DNA of 64,000 nucleotides, taken from assembly GCF_006345805.1 (NCBI RefSeq), contig NC_043011.1, positions 15,264,464 through 15,328,463 on the forward strand. The letters run 5' to 3'. The position numbers and the translations under genes were made by a program. The notes beneath the pieces are model-generated. The model did no database searches. It saw only the letters and a program-made list of their open reading frames with translations, and was not told the origin of the DNA. Below are positions 14,190 through 27,879 of this stretch, piece by piece. The first letter of the stretch is position 1; every line of letters starts with the position of its first letter. Source of the stretch: Octopus sinensis (lineage: Eukaryota).

Positions 14190-16700
14190 AAATTTCCTTA
14201 GGAAGTGTCATTTTATTTAGCAATAATTTTTAAAATTCACCCCCACATCCCTGTATTGAGTTTTTATTTTTTCGTACAATTTAATATTTTTTTTCGTTTG
14301 GCATCTATTTTCAGGAACTCTGTATGTTTTCTTTTCCTCTCACTTGCACGCCTGGGTTCAATCCCCCACAGTGGCGTCGGTACTTGGAACGTATCATACC
14401 ACCATTCCATCGGTTCCTCCAACTTCTTTGGTTCGCTTTCCACGAACCTTTTTTCAGTCGGTTCCTGTGTCTCTTTCGTATGACTTTTTTACGTTTTACC
14501 CAATACATCATTTTACCTATACATTTGGTAATTACGCCATCTTACCAACTCTGCTTTCCACTCTTGTATGCCCTCATACATACCTTTTCACCAACTTTAA
14601 AGAATCTTGCTATGTCTTTCCTGACACTTTTTCTTGCCAGGTAACAATTTATGAAAGACTGATTTTACTTTACTTGCAAACGTCAGCTCCGTTGGTGAGC
14701 TACCTGCTGGTGTATTTGGGTTTGGTGTCACGCGGTACACTTTTAACAATTGTTGTAGAGCTACCTCTTCCGTGACTTCCTTATTCGATTTTCTACGTGC
14801 TCTTTTGAAGGTATCGACAAAGCGTTCTGGCTGTCCATTAAATCTGGGAGTTATATCTTCTACCGTGAACGTTTCAAAAATATTTAAAATTCAACAGACA
14901 CAAATTACATTCCATTGTCAGACACTATCTTGTTTGGGATGCCAAATCTTGCAAACAATTCGTCTAAAAAATTTATCATGCTTGAAGAGGTTGGTTTTTT
15001 ACACTTGAGAATTTCAGGCCATTTCGAAAAACTATCAACTACCACTAAGTAGTAAGAACTATTTAAAAGACCAGCGAAATCGATATTTAGTCTCGACCAT
15101 GAACATCTACTTTTGAACAATGTTTACTTAATTTTTAAATTTCGTTTTGGTTTCCATTAGAGATGTTCCTCTCTGTTTTATAGCAATTTTTTGTTTCAGT
15201 CATTCAGCTTCATTTGAACCTGTGACTGAACCAACAATATTTCCACACAGAACGTTTATCGGCGTATTCCATACTTTGACTTGTTCCATCCACTCTGTGC
15301 TGAATAGATTATGTGAATTTTTCAACAAATAAATCTTTGCCTTTTTTTTTTACCTCGAAATGTTACACTACATACACATTTACTGAGAAAATATGATATT
15401 TTCCCTGTAACACCATTTTTATCAATTATTTGCCCTAAGTACTTTAAATGTTTCTCCTCGAAATGCGACATCAGTACACATTTCGTTAATGAAGTTTAAG
15501 TTATCGCCCATCACGCCACGTGCCATTATCGCGGTTTTATGTAATCTCGGTTTCCCGATTTTCTCTGTTTGCATTTTTCTTTACTCAAAGTGAACCCGTA
15601 CTCTTTAATTTTCTTGAACACTGCTTTAATATGCTCCACATTCTGTTCACGCGAATTACTCTTAATCAATATATCGTTCAAATAAGGGATTACAAATTCA
15701 CAATCAGATAACAGCATCTATGATTTGCTGAAATATTGCCGGTCAACCTTTAATCCAAAAGGTAACCGTTAGCAAGCTGGCAGAATCGTTAGCACGCCGG
15801 GCGAAATGCCTTGTGGTATTTCGCCTGCCGCTACGTTCTGAGTTCAAATTCCGTTGAGGTCGACTTTCCCTTTCATCTTTTCGGGATCGATTAAATAAGT
15901 ACCAGTTACGCACTGGGGTCTATATAATCGACTTAATCCGTTTGTCTGTCCTCGTTTGTCCTCTCTGTGTTTGGCCCCTTGTGGGTAGTAAAGAAATGGG
16001 TATATCTGTACAATACTTTATGTGTATTTATTGTCAGATACTTTGATCATCTTTTTCAATTTTCTTTTCAATTCCTCAGACGATTTATTTTTAAAGGGAC
16101 AATCATTTATGTTTTTGCAGTAGAGAGTTATGGGGAGTTACCATAAGTCAAATACCGCCAACCAATCTTTACCCAACAGATTGAATGTATTCTCCACAAT
16201 GAATATTTTTGCTTTACATGTTTCTCCTCGAAATGTGACGTCAGTACACATTTCGTTAAGGAAATGTAATTTATCGCCCGTCTCGACACGAGCAATTTTC
16301 GCAGTTTTATGTAACCTCGGTTTCCCAATTTTTCTCTATGTATCTGCATTTATGATTGAAATATCACTACCCGTATCCAACTGTAGTTTAATATTTACAT
16401 CATTTATTTTTACGTGTACGAATTTTCTTGTTTTTCTGTCGTATTCACTTTCTGCTGAAACCACCTTACAACTTTTTGTGTTCGACCCTAGTAATCTTGT
16501 CCTGTAGTGTGAACTCTTGTGACCAAGTTTCTGACAACTATAGTATTTTCAGTTTTAAAACGGAAACATTTTTCTGAAGTGTAGGCCTTCACATCCGTAA
16601 CATGGATTGGGGCCTGTCATTCTTTTTTGGTTGTATTTTCCGGGTCGACACATCGGTATTTTTTCGGAATCTTTCTCTTAAATTTTTATCACGTTGTGCT
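14190..16700 (-). mobile_element. Ty3/Gypsy gag-pol remnant (rearranged)
   Basis: Integrase WSRLNIDFAG...VVVDSFSKWPE...FARFGIPNKIVSDNG (14905-15120); RT IPYLNDILI (15526-15717); protease KLQLDTGSD at ~16360-16395; knuckle remnants at 16510-16600. Confidence 0.85.
15772..15998 (+). mobile_element. tRNA-derived SINE family A inserted in Gypsy RT
   Basis: gagctggcagaa head, B-box gagttcaaatt, cctttcatc...gtcgattaaataagtacc core, aaagaaat tail. Confidence 0.9.
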
Positions 16701-17138
16701 TCAGGTTTACCAGTGTTTGACATTCTTCTGCAATGGTCTGTAGGTTTAAGTCTTGGTTCGCTGAGGACAAAGTCATCAGAGAAAAGAGTAGCTATAAGGG
16801 GAAAGCAAATGAGCAGATATGGAGATATAGGTTAGACTCATATCTACCCACCCATATAAAGGAGGTTTAGGAGTTTACCAATGTTTGTTTGCTTATATTA
16901 CGGCATGCAAATTTTTGATGAGTTACATCTGCCAACATTAAGAACTAAATCCTTACCCCCAGAAAAACTGTATGACTTGTAACGGCTTCTCCCCTCTAAT
17001 TCTTTGAGTCTATGTAATCTGAGAAAGTATGTTCTATGTAAAATATATATTTATATTTGTACATGATTATTTATCATCTGAAAAAATTTTAGTCTACCTT
17101 CTCTTTTTATACGTATGCATGTGTATGTGTATATATAT

Positions 17139-17202
<64 letters not shown>

Positions 17203-17210
17203 TACATATA

Positions 17211-17253
<43 letters not shown>

Positions 17254-17344
17254 TATATATGTATGTATGTATGTAAAATATATATATATATGTATATATA
17301 TATACACATATATATATATGTATATACATATATTTTTAATTAAA

Positions 17345-18165
17345 AAAATTTTTTTTTATTTTTTAGTTTCAGCTCAGAGCTGCGGCCATGCTGATGCACC
17401 GCCGTTTTGTGCTACACTGTTATTACGACGAACCTCATCTAATATGTGGCACTTGGTGAAGAATGAAGTTTGATATAGCTACTCTCATTTGCACCTCTTG
17501 CCGTGAGGTAGGTTCATCTGGGACTCTTGACAGGAAGATGTCCAGCTTTGATTTAAAAACCGCTACATCTACTTTGTGCAAGTTCCTCAAACTCTTTGGG
17601 AGAATATTAAAAAGCTGTCGGCCCTTGAAACCCAGGCTGTTGCAGAAGCTGGTCCTGAAGCGTGATGGCATTGCTGGGATCTTTGGCACTATGCAGTGTC
17701 GTCCCGTTCTAGCATTGGTGTAGCTTACAATGCCAAAATTTGGCACAATTCCTTCTAGGAAATTCCAGACATATATTACTGCATATCTCTCCCGTCTTCT
17801 CTCCAGGAAGTAGAGTCTTAGCTATTTCAACCTTTCCCAGTAGCTGAGCTGTTGCAAAGAGATTATCTTCTTTGTGAATCTTCTCTGGATTGCTTCAAGG
17901 TCCGCTGTTAATTTTACACTGGAGAGTGACCATAGCCGTGAGCAGTAATCCAGGCGACTGAGGACGAATGTCCGCCAGACGACCATCATGGTTTCCTTAT
18001 CTCTGGTTCTGAATGTTCTTAGGATCCACCCAGCCAGTCGTCTGCACTTTGTCGCCATCCTGGTAATGTGCACTTGGAAAGAGGTATCATCACTCATGTC
18101 GATAACCAGGTCCCTCACAGACTTAGGCTCTGGGATTGAAATTCCCTGTGGACCGGTGTATCCTG
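17345..18165 (-). mobile_element. 5'-truncated CR1/L2-like LINE 3' end
   Basis: ORF2 C-terminus LDYCSRLWS...LEAIQRRFTKKI..LSYWERLK and FKSKLDIFL; 3' UTR stem-loop tail with an A-rich end. Confidence 0.85.
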
Positions 18166-18335
18166 TAAGTTTAACATATATATATATATATAATATATAT
18201 AATATATATATATATTATATATATATACATGTATATATATGTACTATATATATATATTATATATATATATATATATATAGATATATGTACATTAAAGCCC
18301 AAGGTTTTATCTGTTTATTTGAAGCATAGTGCGCT

Positions 18336-18378
<43 letters not shown>

Positions 18379-18568
18379 ATATATGTACTATATATATATA
18401 TATATATATATAGATATATGTACATTAAAACCCAAGGTTTTATCTGTTTATTTAAAGCATTGTGCGCTTGTATATATAAATATATATATAAACAAACGTA
18501 TGTATATGTATGTGTGTGTACATACACGCGCGTTTACATGCGCACGCCCACATTACACGCACATATAA

Positions 18569-18615
<47 letters not shown>

Positions 18616-19501
18616 ATATCTACATATATATATATATATAATGTTTTTTAACGATTAGCTTAGAGTGGCCCGTGGCACGAATAAAAATGAAAATACGACA
18701 ATGAAATAATAACACAAGATCAATTCTTGGTTAATTCAAATTTTCTTCCATTCGGATGATGAGCAAAGAAATATCTTGCGGTCATTGTGAGTAGAGAAGA
18801 TAATCTTTAAAACAAAGAATTCCTCGAAATTTATGTCACTAAAAAGAAGACAGACTGTCTGGAGAAAAGAAAACACCTAAAGACTCTCTCTGTTTATGCG
18901 TCATCAGCGCGGCTATCTTATTTGAAGTAAACGCGATTGCAGTCAAGGCAGCCATTTGCTATTTTCTTCCACGAAGTGAAGATAATCTTCATAAATCAAA
19001 ACATGCATCACATATGATATTTGATATAACTTTAATCATCATTATTTTCTATATACATGCCAGAGGCCTCAGTATTTTTCTTTGTTTCTTTGCACAGTTT
19101 CATTTACATTAAGCAAATTGCATTAGGCCGATCGTATCTTTCCTTCTTTGTATGCATTTTTAAGTATATCGTCAGCCGGAGTCAAGAAAGAGCAACTTCT
19201 TCTGAGGATGCCAGTTTAGCATAAACATGTAGCAACAGTTGTCCTCTTCTGTTCAGAAAGTCAAATTGTATTTTCCTTTCTAATAGCGTAATGTAAGTTT
19301 TGCGATTATCTCCTCTTCATATTTAGAATTGCTTGTAATTACCACGTGGTATTGGTTTACTCCTCTCTGGAGAAGAAGTTAATTTCAATAAAACATATAT
19401 CTGTCATCTGATATACCACTATTCGTCCGTGCTTGTACACACAGACATACACAGCCACACACACACATGCATATATATATATATATATATGCATATGTAT
19501 A

Positions 19502-19547
<46 letters not shown>

Positions 19548-19828
19548 CAACAATTGAGGGTAAAATTAATTAATTATTAATCAAATTCACCAAGTATTCA
19601 GTATGTAAAGGGACCATTATAGGCGAATTCAAAATATTACATTATATATAAGGGCTTAGTAAAATAAATTACTTTGCCACATACTGAACTCATTAGGAAT
19701 AGCAGCTAAAGAAATTTCTTCAGCTATTTCTAATACTTAAAGAAGATCTCTCTCAGATAGTGTTTGCCTAAACTAACTCACAAAAGTATGGGGGAAAAAA
19801 CATTAAAAAATCAAGTGCAAAGGTTATT

Positions 19829-19880
19829 TGAGAACGTACGTTTCTAGATTAGTCAATTCGACATTTCTTTCTTCAGCTCA
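19829..19880 (-). ncRNA. type I hammerhead ribozyme (array unit 1)
   Basis: Reverse complement TGAG-CTGAAGA-stem II-GAA-ACGTACGT-T-CTCA. Confidence 0.8.
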
Positions 19881-20386
19881 GAATTCCTTGAATCGGATTT
19901 GGGAACACTGAAAGTCGGGAGCATACCCTTTCGGCTTCTAATCACCTCTAGAATTCTGCTCGAACTAAAAGTGCTATCAAATTCGAATATGCAAGCGAAG
20001 AATTTCTGCTCTCCCCTTTCCACCAGCGTGGGTTAAAATTGACAAACACCATGTATTAACGGTGAAAACCGCAGAATTTAGCAGAGAGAGAGATGAATTA
20101 TAATTTCAACAATTGAGGGTAAAATTAATTAATTATTAATCAAATTCACCAAGTATTCAGTATGTAAAGGGACCATTATAGGCGAATTCAAAATATTACA
20201 TTATATATAAGGGCTTAGTAAAATAAATTACTTTGCCACATACTAAACTCATTAGGAATAGCAGCTAAAGAAATTTCTTCAGCTATTCTAATACTTAAAG
20301 AAGATCTCTCTCAGATAGTGTTTGCCTAAACTAACTCACAAAAGTATGGGGGAAAAAACATTAAAAAATCAAGTGCAAAGGTTATT

Positions 20387-20438
20387 TGAGAACGTACGTT
20401 TCTAGATTAGTCAATTCGACATTTCTTTCTTCAGCTCA
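20387..20438 (-). ncRNA. type I hammerhead ribozyme (array unit 2)
   Basis: Same as unit 1. Confidence 0.8.
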
Positions 20439-20937
20439 GAATTCCTTGAATCGGATTTGGAACACTGAAAGTCGGGAGCATACCCTTTCGGCTTCTAATC
20501 ACCTCTAGAATTCTGCTCGAACTAAAAGTGCTATCAAATTCGAATATGCAAGCGAAGAATTCTGCTCTCCCCTTTCCACCGCGTGGGTTAAAATTGACAA
20601 ACACCATGTATTAACGGTGAAAACCGCAGAATTTAGCAGAGAGAGATGAATTATAATTTCAACAATTGAGGGTAAAATTAATTAATTATTAATCAAATTC
20701 ACCAAGTATTCAGTATGTAAAGGGACCATTATAGGCGAATTCAAAATATTACATTATATAAGGGCTTAGTAAAATAAATTACTTTGCCACATACTAAACT
20801 CATTAGGATAGCAGCTAAAGAAATTTCTTCAGCTATTTCTAATACTTAAAGAAGATCTCTCTCAGATAGTGTTTGCCTAAACTAACTCACAAAAGTATGG
20901 GGGAAAAAACATTAAAAAATCAAGTGCAAAGGTTATT

Positions 20938-20989
20938 TGAGAACGTACGTTTCTAGATTAGTCAATTCGACATTTCTTTCTTCAGCTCA
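20938..20989 (-). ncRNA. type I hammerhead ribozyme (array unit 3)
   Basis: Same as unit 1. Confidence 0.8.
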
Positions 20990-21443
20990 GAATTCCTTGA
21001 ATCGGATTTGGGAACACTGAAAGTCGGGAGCATACACTTTCGGCTTCTAATCACCTCTAGAATTCTGCTCGAACTAAAAGTGCTATCAAATTCGAATATG
21101 CAAGCGAAGAATTTCTGCTCTCCCCTTTCCACCAGCGTGGGTTAAAATTGACAAACACCATGTATTAACGGTGAAAACCGCAGAATTTAGCAGAGAGAGA
21201 TGAATTATAATTTCAACAATTGAGGGTAAAATTAATTAATTATTAATCAAATTCACCAAGTATTCAGTATGTAAAGGGACCATTATAGGCGAATTCAAAA
21301 TATTACATTATATATAAGGGCATATTCGCTTGCATATTCGAATTTGATAGCACTTTTAGTTCGAGCAGAATTCTAGAGGTGATTAGAAGCCGAAAGGGTA
21401 TGCTCCCGACTTTCAGTGTTCCCAAATCCGATTCAAGGAATTC

Positions 21444-21495
21444 TGAGCTGAAGAAAGAAATGTCGAATTGACTTATCTAGAAACGTACGTTCTCA
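21444..21495 (+). ncRNA. type I hammerhead ribozyme (inverted copy 1)
   Basis: TGAG CTGAAGA aagaaatgtcgaattgacttatcta GAA ACGTACGT T CTCA; predicted cleavage after 21491 (GUU). Confidence 0.8.
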
Positions 21496-22000
21496 AATAA
21501 CCTTTGCACTTGATTCTTTAATGTTTTTTCCCCCATACTTTTGTGAGTTAGTTTAGGCAAACACTATCTGAGAGATATCTTCTTTAAGTATTAGAAATAG
21601 CTGAAGAAATTTCTTTAGCTGCTATTCCTAATGAGTTCAGTATGTGGCAAAGTAATTTATTTTACTAAGCCCTTATATATAATGTAATATTTTGAATTCG
21701 CCTATAATGGTCCCTTTACATACTGAATACTTGGTGAATTTGATTAATAATTAATTAATTTTACCCTCAATTGTTGAAATTATAATTCATCTCTCTCTGC
21801 TAAATTCTGCGGTTTTCACCGTTAATACATGGTGTTTGTCAATTTTAACCCACGCTGGTGGAAAGGGGAGAGCAGATATTCTTCGCTTGCATATTCGAAT
21901 TTGATAGCACTTTTAGTTCGAGCAGAATTCTAGAGGTGATTAGAAGCCGAAAGTGTATGCTCCCGACTTTCAGTGTTCCCAAATCCGATTCAAGGAATTC

Positions 22001-22052
22001 TGAGCTGAAGAAAGAAATGTCGAATTGACTAATCTAGAAACGTACGTTCTCA
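22001..22052 (+). ncRNA. type I hammerhead ribozyme (inverted copy 2)
   Basis: Same motif; predicted cleavage after 22048, 557 nt from the previous site. Confidence 0.8.
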
Positions 22053-22228
22053 AATAACCTTTGCACTTGATTTTTTAATGTTTTTTCCCCCATACTTTTG
22101 TGAGTTAGTTTAGCCAAACACTATCTGAGAGAGATCTTCTTTAAGTATTAGAAATAGCTGAAGGTATTTCTAATGAGTTCAGTATGTGGCAAAGTAATTT
22201 ATTTTACTAAGCCCTTATATATAATGTA

Positions 22229-22267
<39 letters not shown>

Positions 22268-22881
22268 ACATATACACACACACACAAACACACACACATA
22301 TATACATATACATATGCACACATACACATATATATAGACACACGCATATATATATGTATTTATAAACATTATATATATAAATGTGTGTGTATGTATGTAT
22401 GTATTTATGTGTGTATGTATGTATGTGTGTATGAATGTATATATATATGTGTATGTATGTAGGTATGTATGTATGTATGCTTGTATTTATGTGTGTATGT
22501 ATGTATGTATATATGTATATGTGTATGTATATATGTATGTGTGTATGCATGTGTATGTGTACTGGAATCAATTGGAAAATCAGATACAAAATAGATGTAT
22601 TATCTTTATTGAACAATGTGGCTCCTGTCTTCCCATGCCACCGTCTACCATCCTGTTTAGAGGATGATATTCATATACAACGGGGGTGGTGGTGACATCT
22701 TGTGTATGAATATTTGCGTATATGGACATGTGTGTCTGTGTGTCCGTCTTTCTGTGTGAGTGTGCATGTGTGCGTATGTGGGTGTATATGTCCTTCCTTT
22801 GCGTGTTAGTACGAGTATATATGTTCATTATATTCACTATGAGATGTCATGGATATGTATGTAATGCTTGAGTAATATATA

Positions 22882-22933
<52 letters not shown>

Positions 22934-22944
22934 CTTACCACACA

Positions 22945-23540
22945 GACGTGGATGTGTGGTAAGAAGCTTGCTTCCCAACCACATGGTCCCGGGTTCAGCT
23001 CCCTGCGTGGCACCTTGGGCAAGTGGATTCTACTATAGCCACGGGTTGATCAAATACTTGCGAGTGGATTTGGTAGATGGAAAATGAAAGAAGCCCATCG
23101 TGTGTATATATATATATGTACATATATATACTCTTTTACTCTCTCTCTTTTACTTGTTTCAATCATTTGACTGCGGCCATGCTGGAGCACCACCTTTAAT
23201 CGAGCAAATCGACCTTGGGACTTATTCTTTGTAAGCCTAGTACTTATTCTATCGGTCTCTTTTGCCGAACCGCTAAGTGACGGGGACATAAACACACCAG
23301 CATCGGTAGTCAAGCGATGTTGGAGGGGATAAACACAAACACACAAACATACACACAAATATACACACATACATATATACATATATACGATGGGCTTCTT
23401 TCAGTTTCCGTCTACCAAATCCACTCACAAGGCTTTGGTCGTCCCGAGGCTATAGTAGAAGACACTTGCCACGCATTGGGACTGAACCCGGAACCGTGTG
23501 GCTGGTTAGCAAGCTACTTACCACACAGTCACTCCATATA
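22945..23540. mobile_element. two SINE family B copies (+ strand head at 22945-23100; - strand full copy at ~23130-23540)
   Basis: Head gtgtggtaagaagcttgcttcccaaccacatggtcccgggttcag...ccttgggcaag, internal microsatellite, tail gcatggccgcagtcaaatga.tgaaacaagtaaaag. Confidence 0.85.
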
Positions 23541-23544
23541 TATA

Positions 23545-24165
23545 TATATATATGTATGTGTGCGCGTGTGTGTCTATATTTGTCCACCGACATCGTTTCA
23601 CAACTGGTAATGACGTGTTTACGTCTCTGTAACTTAGCGGCTCGGCAAAAGAACCGATAGAATAAGTCCTTGGCTTCAAAAAGTCCTGGGGTCGAGTTGT
23701 CTAAGTCAATGCTCCAGCGTTGCCGCAGTCAAATAACTGAAACAAGTACAAAGATAAAAATTAAAAGAAAATGACGTATTGTGTGTGTGTATATGAGTGT
23801 GAGCATATATATATTCATATATACATATATATATATTCTCTCTATTTGTATATATTATATATATATATATGTATGTGTGCGCGTGTGTGTCTATATTTGT
23901 CCACCGACATCGTTTCACAACTGGTAATGACGTGTTTACGTCTCTGTAACTTAGCGGCTCGGCAAAAGAACCGATAGAATAAGTCCTTGGCTTCAAAAAG
24001 TCCTGGGGTCGAGTTGTCTAAGTCAATGCTCCAGCGTTGCCGCAGTCAAATAACTGAAACAAGTACAAAGATAAAAATTAAAAGAAAATGACGTATTGTG
24101 TGTGTGTATATGAGTGTGAGCATATATATATTCATATATACATATATATATATTCTCTCTATTTG

Positions 24166-24170
<5 letters not shown>
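23545..24170 (+). repeat. near-exact 317-bp tandem duplication containing a SINE B 3' half
   Basis: 23545-23855 repeated at 23862-24170; junction lies in (TA)n. Confidence 0.9.
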
Positions 24171-24196
<26 letters not shown>

Positions 24197-24242
24197 TGTA
24201 CATATACATACACACACACACACATATATATATATACATATA

Positions 24243-24450
24243 TAGTTAATCCAAACAAGAAAACACAAAAAAAACACAGCAACGCGAGGACGTGGAACAA
24301 ATAATGTATTATTGGACGCTCAGGAAAGAAGGGAAGAGGGAGGGCTTAACGTTTCGAGCGGAGCTCTTCGTCGGAAAAAAAGGAGAAGGAAAGATTCCGA
24401 GAAGGGAAGACAGAGGAAAAAGATTGCTAGCGGTGTTCACGAGGTTACAT
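24243..24450 (-). mobile_element. Penelope pLTR-like fragment with a minimal variant HHR (24346-24377)
   Basis: Reverse complement TTT-CCGACGA-A-GAGC-tcc-GCTC-GAAACGTTAA; between (TA)n runs; truncated relative at ~2215-2282. Confidence 0.65.
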
Positions 24451-25180
24451 ATATATATATTCTAAACAAAACTGTCGACGAATGGGAAAGTGTAACTAAG
24501 TTTTGTGATATTTTCGTTGCTTTTTTAAAAAAGTAAATACATATATATGTGTGTATGTATGTATGTATGTACATACCTACAGTAAACACTCATAAACAGG
24601 GGCATATATACAAATACCTCTGTATATATTCGTGTGTGAGTGTCTGTGTGAGTGCGTGTGTGTGTGTGTGTCTGTGTGTGTATGTGTGCGTGTAAGCCTG
24701 TGTGCGCGTGTGTTTGTATAAAGAGGTGCAGTTTTGATGTATGATATCATCGGGCAGCAAGACAGATTATAGGGATGGGTTTGTAACTGAGGATTGTTTT
24801 GAACGTTGAAATAATTGTCCACCACCACCAGCACCAACACTACACCGCCACTACCAACACCACCACCAACGCACTGCCGCAACCACAACCATCATCGCCA
24901 CTCTTTCATCTACACTCCATTACTCACTCGGCAACACTACTACACATTTGAAATACCAACCAATACACACACCACCAACGGCTATATATATATATATATA
25001 TATGTGGTTCAATTTCGGCATATTTGGCATTAGAAATTTTTTCGTTTGCCCTTATTTATAAGTTGTTTATAAATTTAACCTTTAAAGGTATTTTTTAATA
25101 TGCTGGCCATTGATAAAATTTTTTTTGGGAAAAAATTTATACTACATTAAATATATATATATATATAATATATATATATT

Positions 25181-25222
<42 letters not shown>

Positions 25223-25324
25223 AGATATATATATATATGTATATATATATAGATAGATACATATATGTATACATATATATATATACACATATATGTGCAT
25301 ACACACACACACACACATATATAT

Positions 25325-25495
25325 ATGGCTGTGTAGTAAGAAACTTCCCAACCACATGGTTGAGGTTCAGTCCCACTGCGTGGCACCTTGGCCAAGTGTC
25401 TTCTACTATAAGCCTCGGGCCGACCAAAGCCTTGTGGGTGAATTTACTAAATGGAAACTCAAAGAAGAACGTCGTATGTAGAAGTATATATTATA

Positions 25496-25551
<56 letters not shown>

Positions 25552-25800
25552 ATGTGCATATATGTATATGCACATAATACATAAATGTATCTATGTGTCT
25601 GTGCATGATCCTACACTATCACTTGACAACCGATGCTGGTATGTTCACACCTCCGTAACTTAACGGTTCGGCAAAAGAGAAACGATAAAATAAGTACTAC
25701 GCATACAAATAATAAGTTCTGGAGTCAACTTGTTCCATTAAAGGCGGTGCTCCAGCATGACTGCAACCAAATGGTTGAAACAAGTTAAAGAATAAAAGAA
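25325..25800 (+). mobile_element. SINE family B
   Basis: Head, internal (TA)/(TG) microsatellite and tail are all present. Confidence 0.85.
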
Positions 25801-25830
25801 CATGCATATGTATATACATATATATATACG

Positions 25831-25870
<40 letters not shown>

Positions 25871-26022
25871 AAGTGAGAGTGTGTGTGAGGGAGTGAGAGG
25901 CATGTATATTTGTATATATATATGTGTATATATACCCTTATACAAACATACAGAGAAAGGGAGAGAAAAGAGGGACAAAACACTAGCACTACCACAATGA
26001 ACTGCAATATCCACCATCTGAA

Positions 26023-26086
<64 letters not shown>

Positions 26087-26117
26087 GAGAGAGAGAGAGA
26101 GAGAGATGGAGGGAGAG

Positions 26118-26250
<133 letters not shown>

Positions 26251-27127
26251 AAACAGCAAAATACTCAGCTCTGGCATTCACCGAATTTGGCCAATATAAA
26301 TAAACTACCGCACTAGTCTGCAAACAATATAAATTATATCCAGCATAGATTATGAATGTGTTTCTCAACGAACTAGAAAGAACGTAGAGTAGCGTAAGAA
26401 GAGACCACACCCACAGACCGCCTACGCAATGAATTAATATAAAGAAATTGAAAGTCCACCTGCACGTATAACGAAAACACAATTTGTGACGGTTGAGAAC
26501 TTCACATCTCTCTCCCTTCACAAACACTTGTATTATTAACCCTAAACTCACAGACGTATCTGTAACTCCTAGGACACTGTTACACCAAGAGCGTTTTTGT
26601 ACAGGCTCCTTGCATTCTAAACTGAAATTCCGCCGTAGTAAACTTCTCTGTTCAGGGTCAGAATAAAAGTACTATGATGTGAACTGTCGGAGGCGTTGGT
26701 GCGTTGGGTGCTGGCAGAAACGTTAGCACGCCGGGCGAAATGCTTAGCGGTATTTCGTCTGCCGCTACGTTCTGAGTTCAAATTCCGAAGTATATGTAAT
26801 CATTCGCCTGATTTTACTCCAACGTCCAGCTGACGCTCTTGTAAGGATTCGTGTTAGTTATACTCTCGAGGCACTGAAAAGAGTGATGGTCGCATCTCTG
26901 TCTCCTGACGAAAAGATAAAGATTACTGGAGATATTATCTTCTCCACTCAGATAAGAGGCTCCTTTGCAACCGCGTGGCTACATATTAGTTCCTTTGCGC
27001 AGCCCCTTGGGTAAGTGTCTTCTATTATAGTCCTGAGTCGCAATACCTTGTGAGTGAACCCGGGAGAGAAAAAAGTGTGGAAGTTCAGAAGTAACTGTGT
27101 GGTAAGAAGCTTGCTTCCCAACCACAC

Positions 27128-27358
27128 AGGCGGCGAGCTGGCAGAAACGATAGCACGCCGGGCGAAATGCTTAGCAGTATTTCGTCTGCCGTTACGTTCT
27201 GAGTTCAAATTCCGCCGAGGTCGACTTTGCCTTTCATCCTTTCGGGGTCGATAAATTAAGTACCAGTTACGCACTGGGGTCGATATAATCGACTTAATCC
27301 GTTTGTCTGTCCTTGTTTATCCCCTCTGTGTTTAACCCCTTGTGGGCAATAAAGAAAT
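27128..27358 (+). mobile_element. SINE family A inserted into a SINE B head
   Basis: Full-length; ~24-bp TSD taagaagcttgcttcccaaccaca / taagaagattgcttctcaaccaca. Confidence 0.9.
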
Positions 27359-27500
27359 AAGAAGATTGCTTCTCAACCACATGGTTTCGGGATCGGTACC
27401 TCTGCGTGGAGACTGGAGAAAGTGTTTTCTACTATAACTTCGGGTCGACCAAAACCTTGCGAGTGGATTTGGTAGACGGAGATTGAAAGAATCCCGTCGC

Positions 27501-27547
<47 letters not shown>

Positions 27548-27584
27548 GTGGTGTGTGTGTTGTGTGTGTGTGTGTGTGTGTGTG

Positions 27585-27619
<35 letters not shown>

Positions 27620-27879
27620 CGCGCCTGTGTGTATGTATTTGTGTGTGATTTTGGCATCCACCACAGCTTGACAACCGGTGTTGGTGTATTTGTGTTACCG
27701 TATCTTTGCAGTAAGGCAAAAGGAACAGGTAGAATAAGAAGCAGGCTTTAAAAAGGCAAAAAAGTACTGGGGGTTGATTCATTTGTCTAAAATTCTGCCG
27801 GGCAGTGCCCCAGCATGGCCGCATTCTAATCACTGAAACAAGTGAAAGATAAAAGAAAAGAGGTAAATACTGTACATAC

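Larger units (their letters stand above)
19541..22235. mobile_element. tandem-plus-inverted array of ~555-bp HHR-containing units (retrozyme-like)
   Basis: Units start at 19541, 20100, 20653 and 21207 (partial, to 21321); inverted copies span 21325-22235; no ORF; (TA)n on both flanks. Confidence 0.9.

Noticed and set aside
14345-14372. tRNA-like gggttcaatcccc
   Set aside because: Only a B-box-like fragment; no cloverleaf
18700-19430. Possible decayed DNA-transposase sequence on the minus strand
   Set aside because: Too degenerate to assign by eye
21590-21635. Second CTGAAGA in the array unit as another HHR
   Set aside because: No downstream GAAA or stem III; it is part of a simple hairpin
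19541-22235. CRISPR array or ordinary satellite interpretation
   Set aside because: No unique spacers and a eukaryotic context; few long units with HHRs and an inversion
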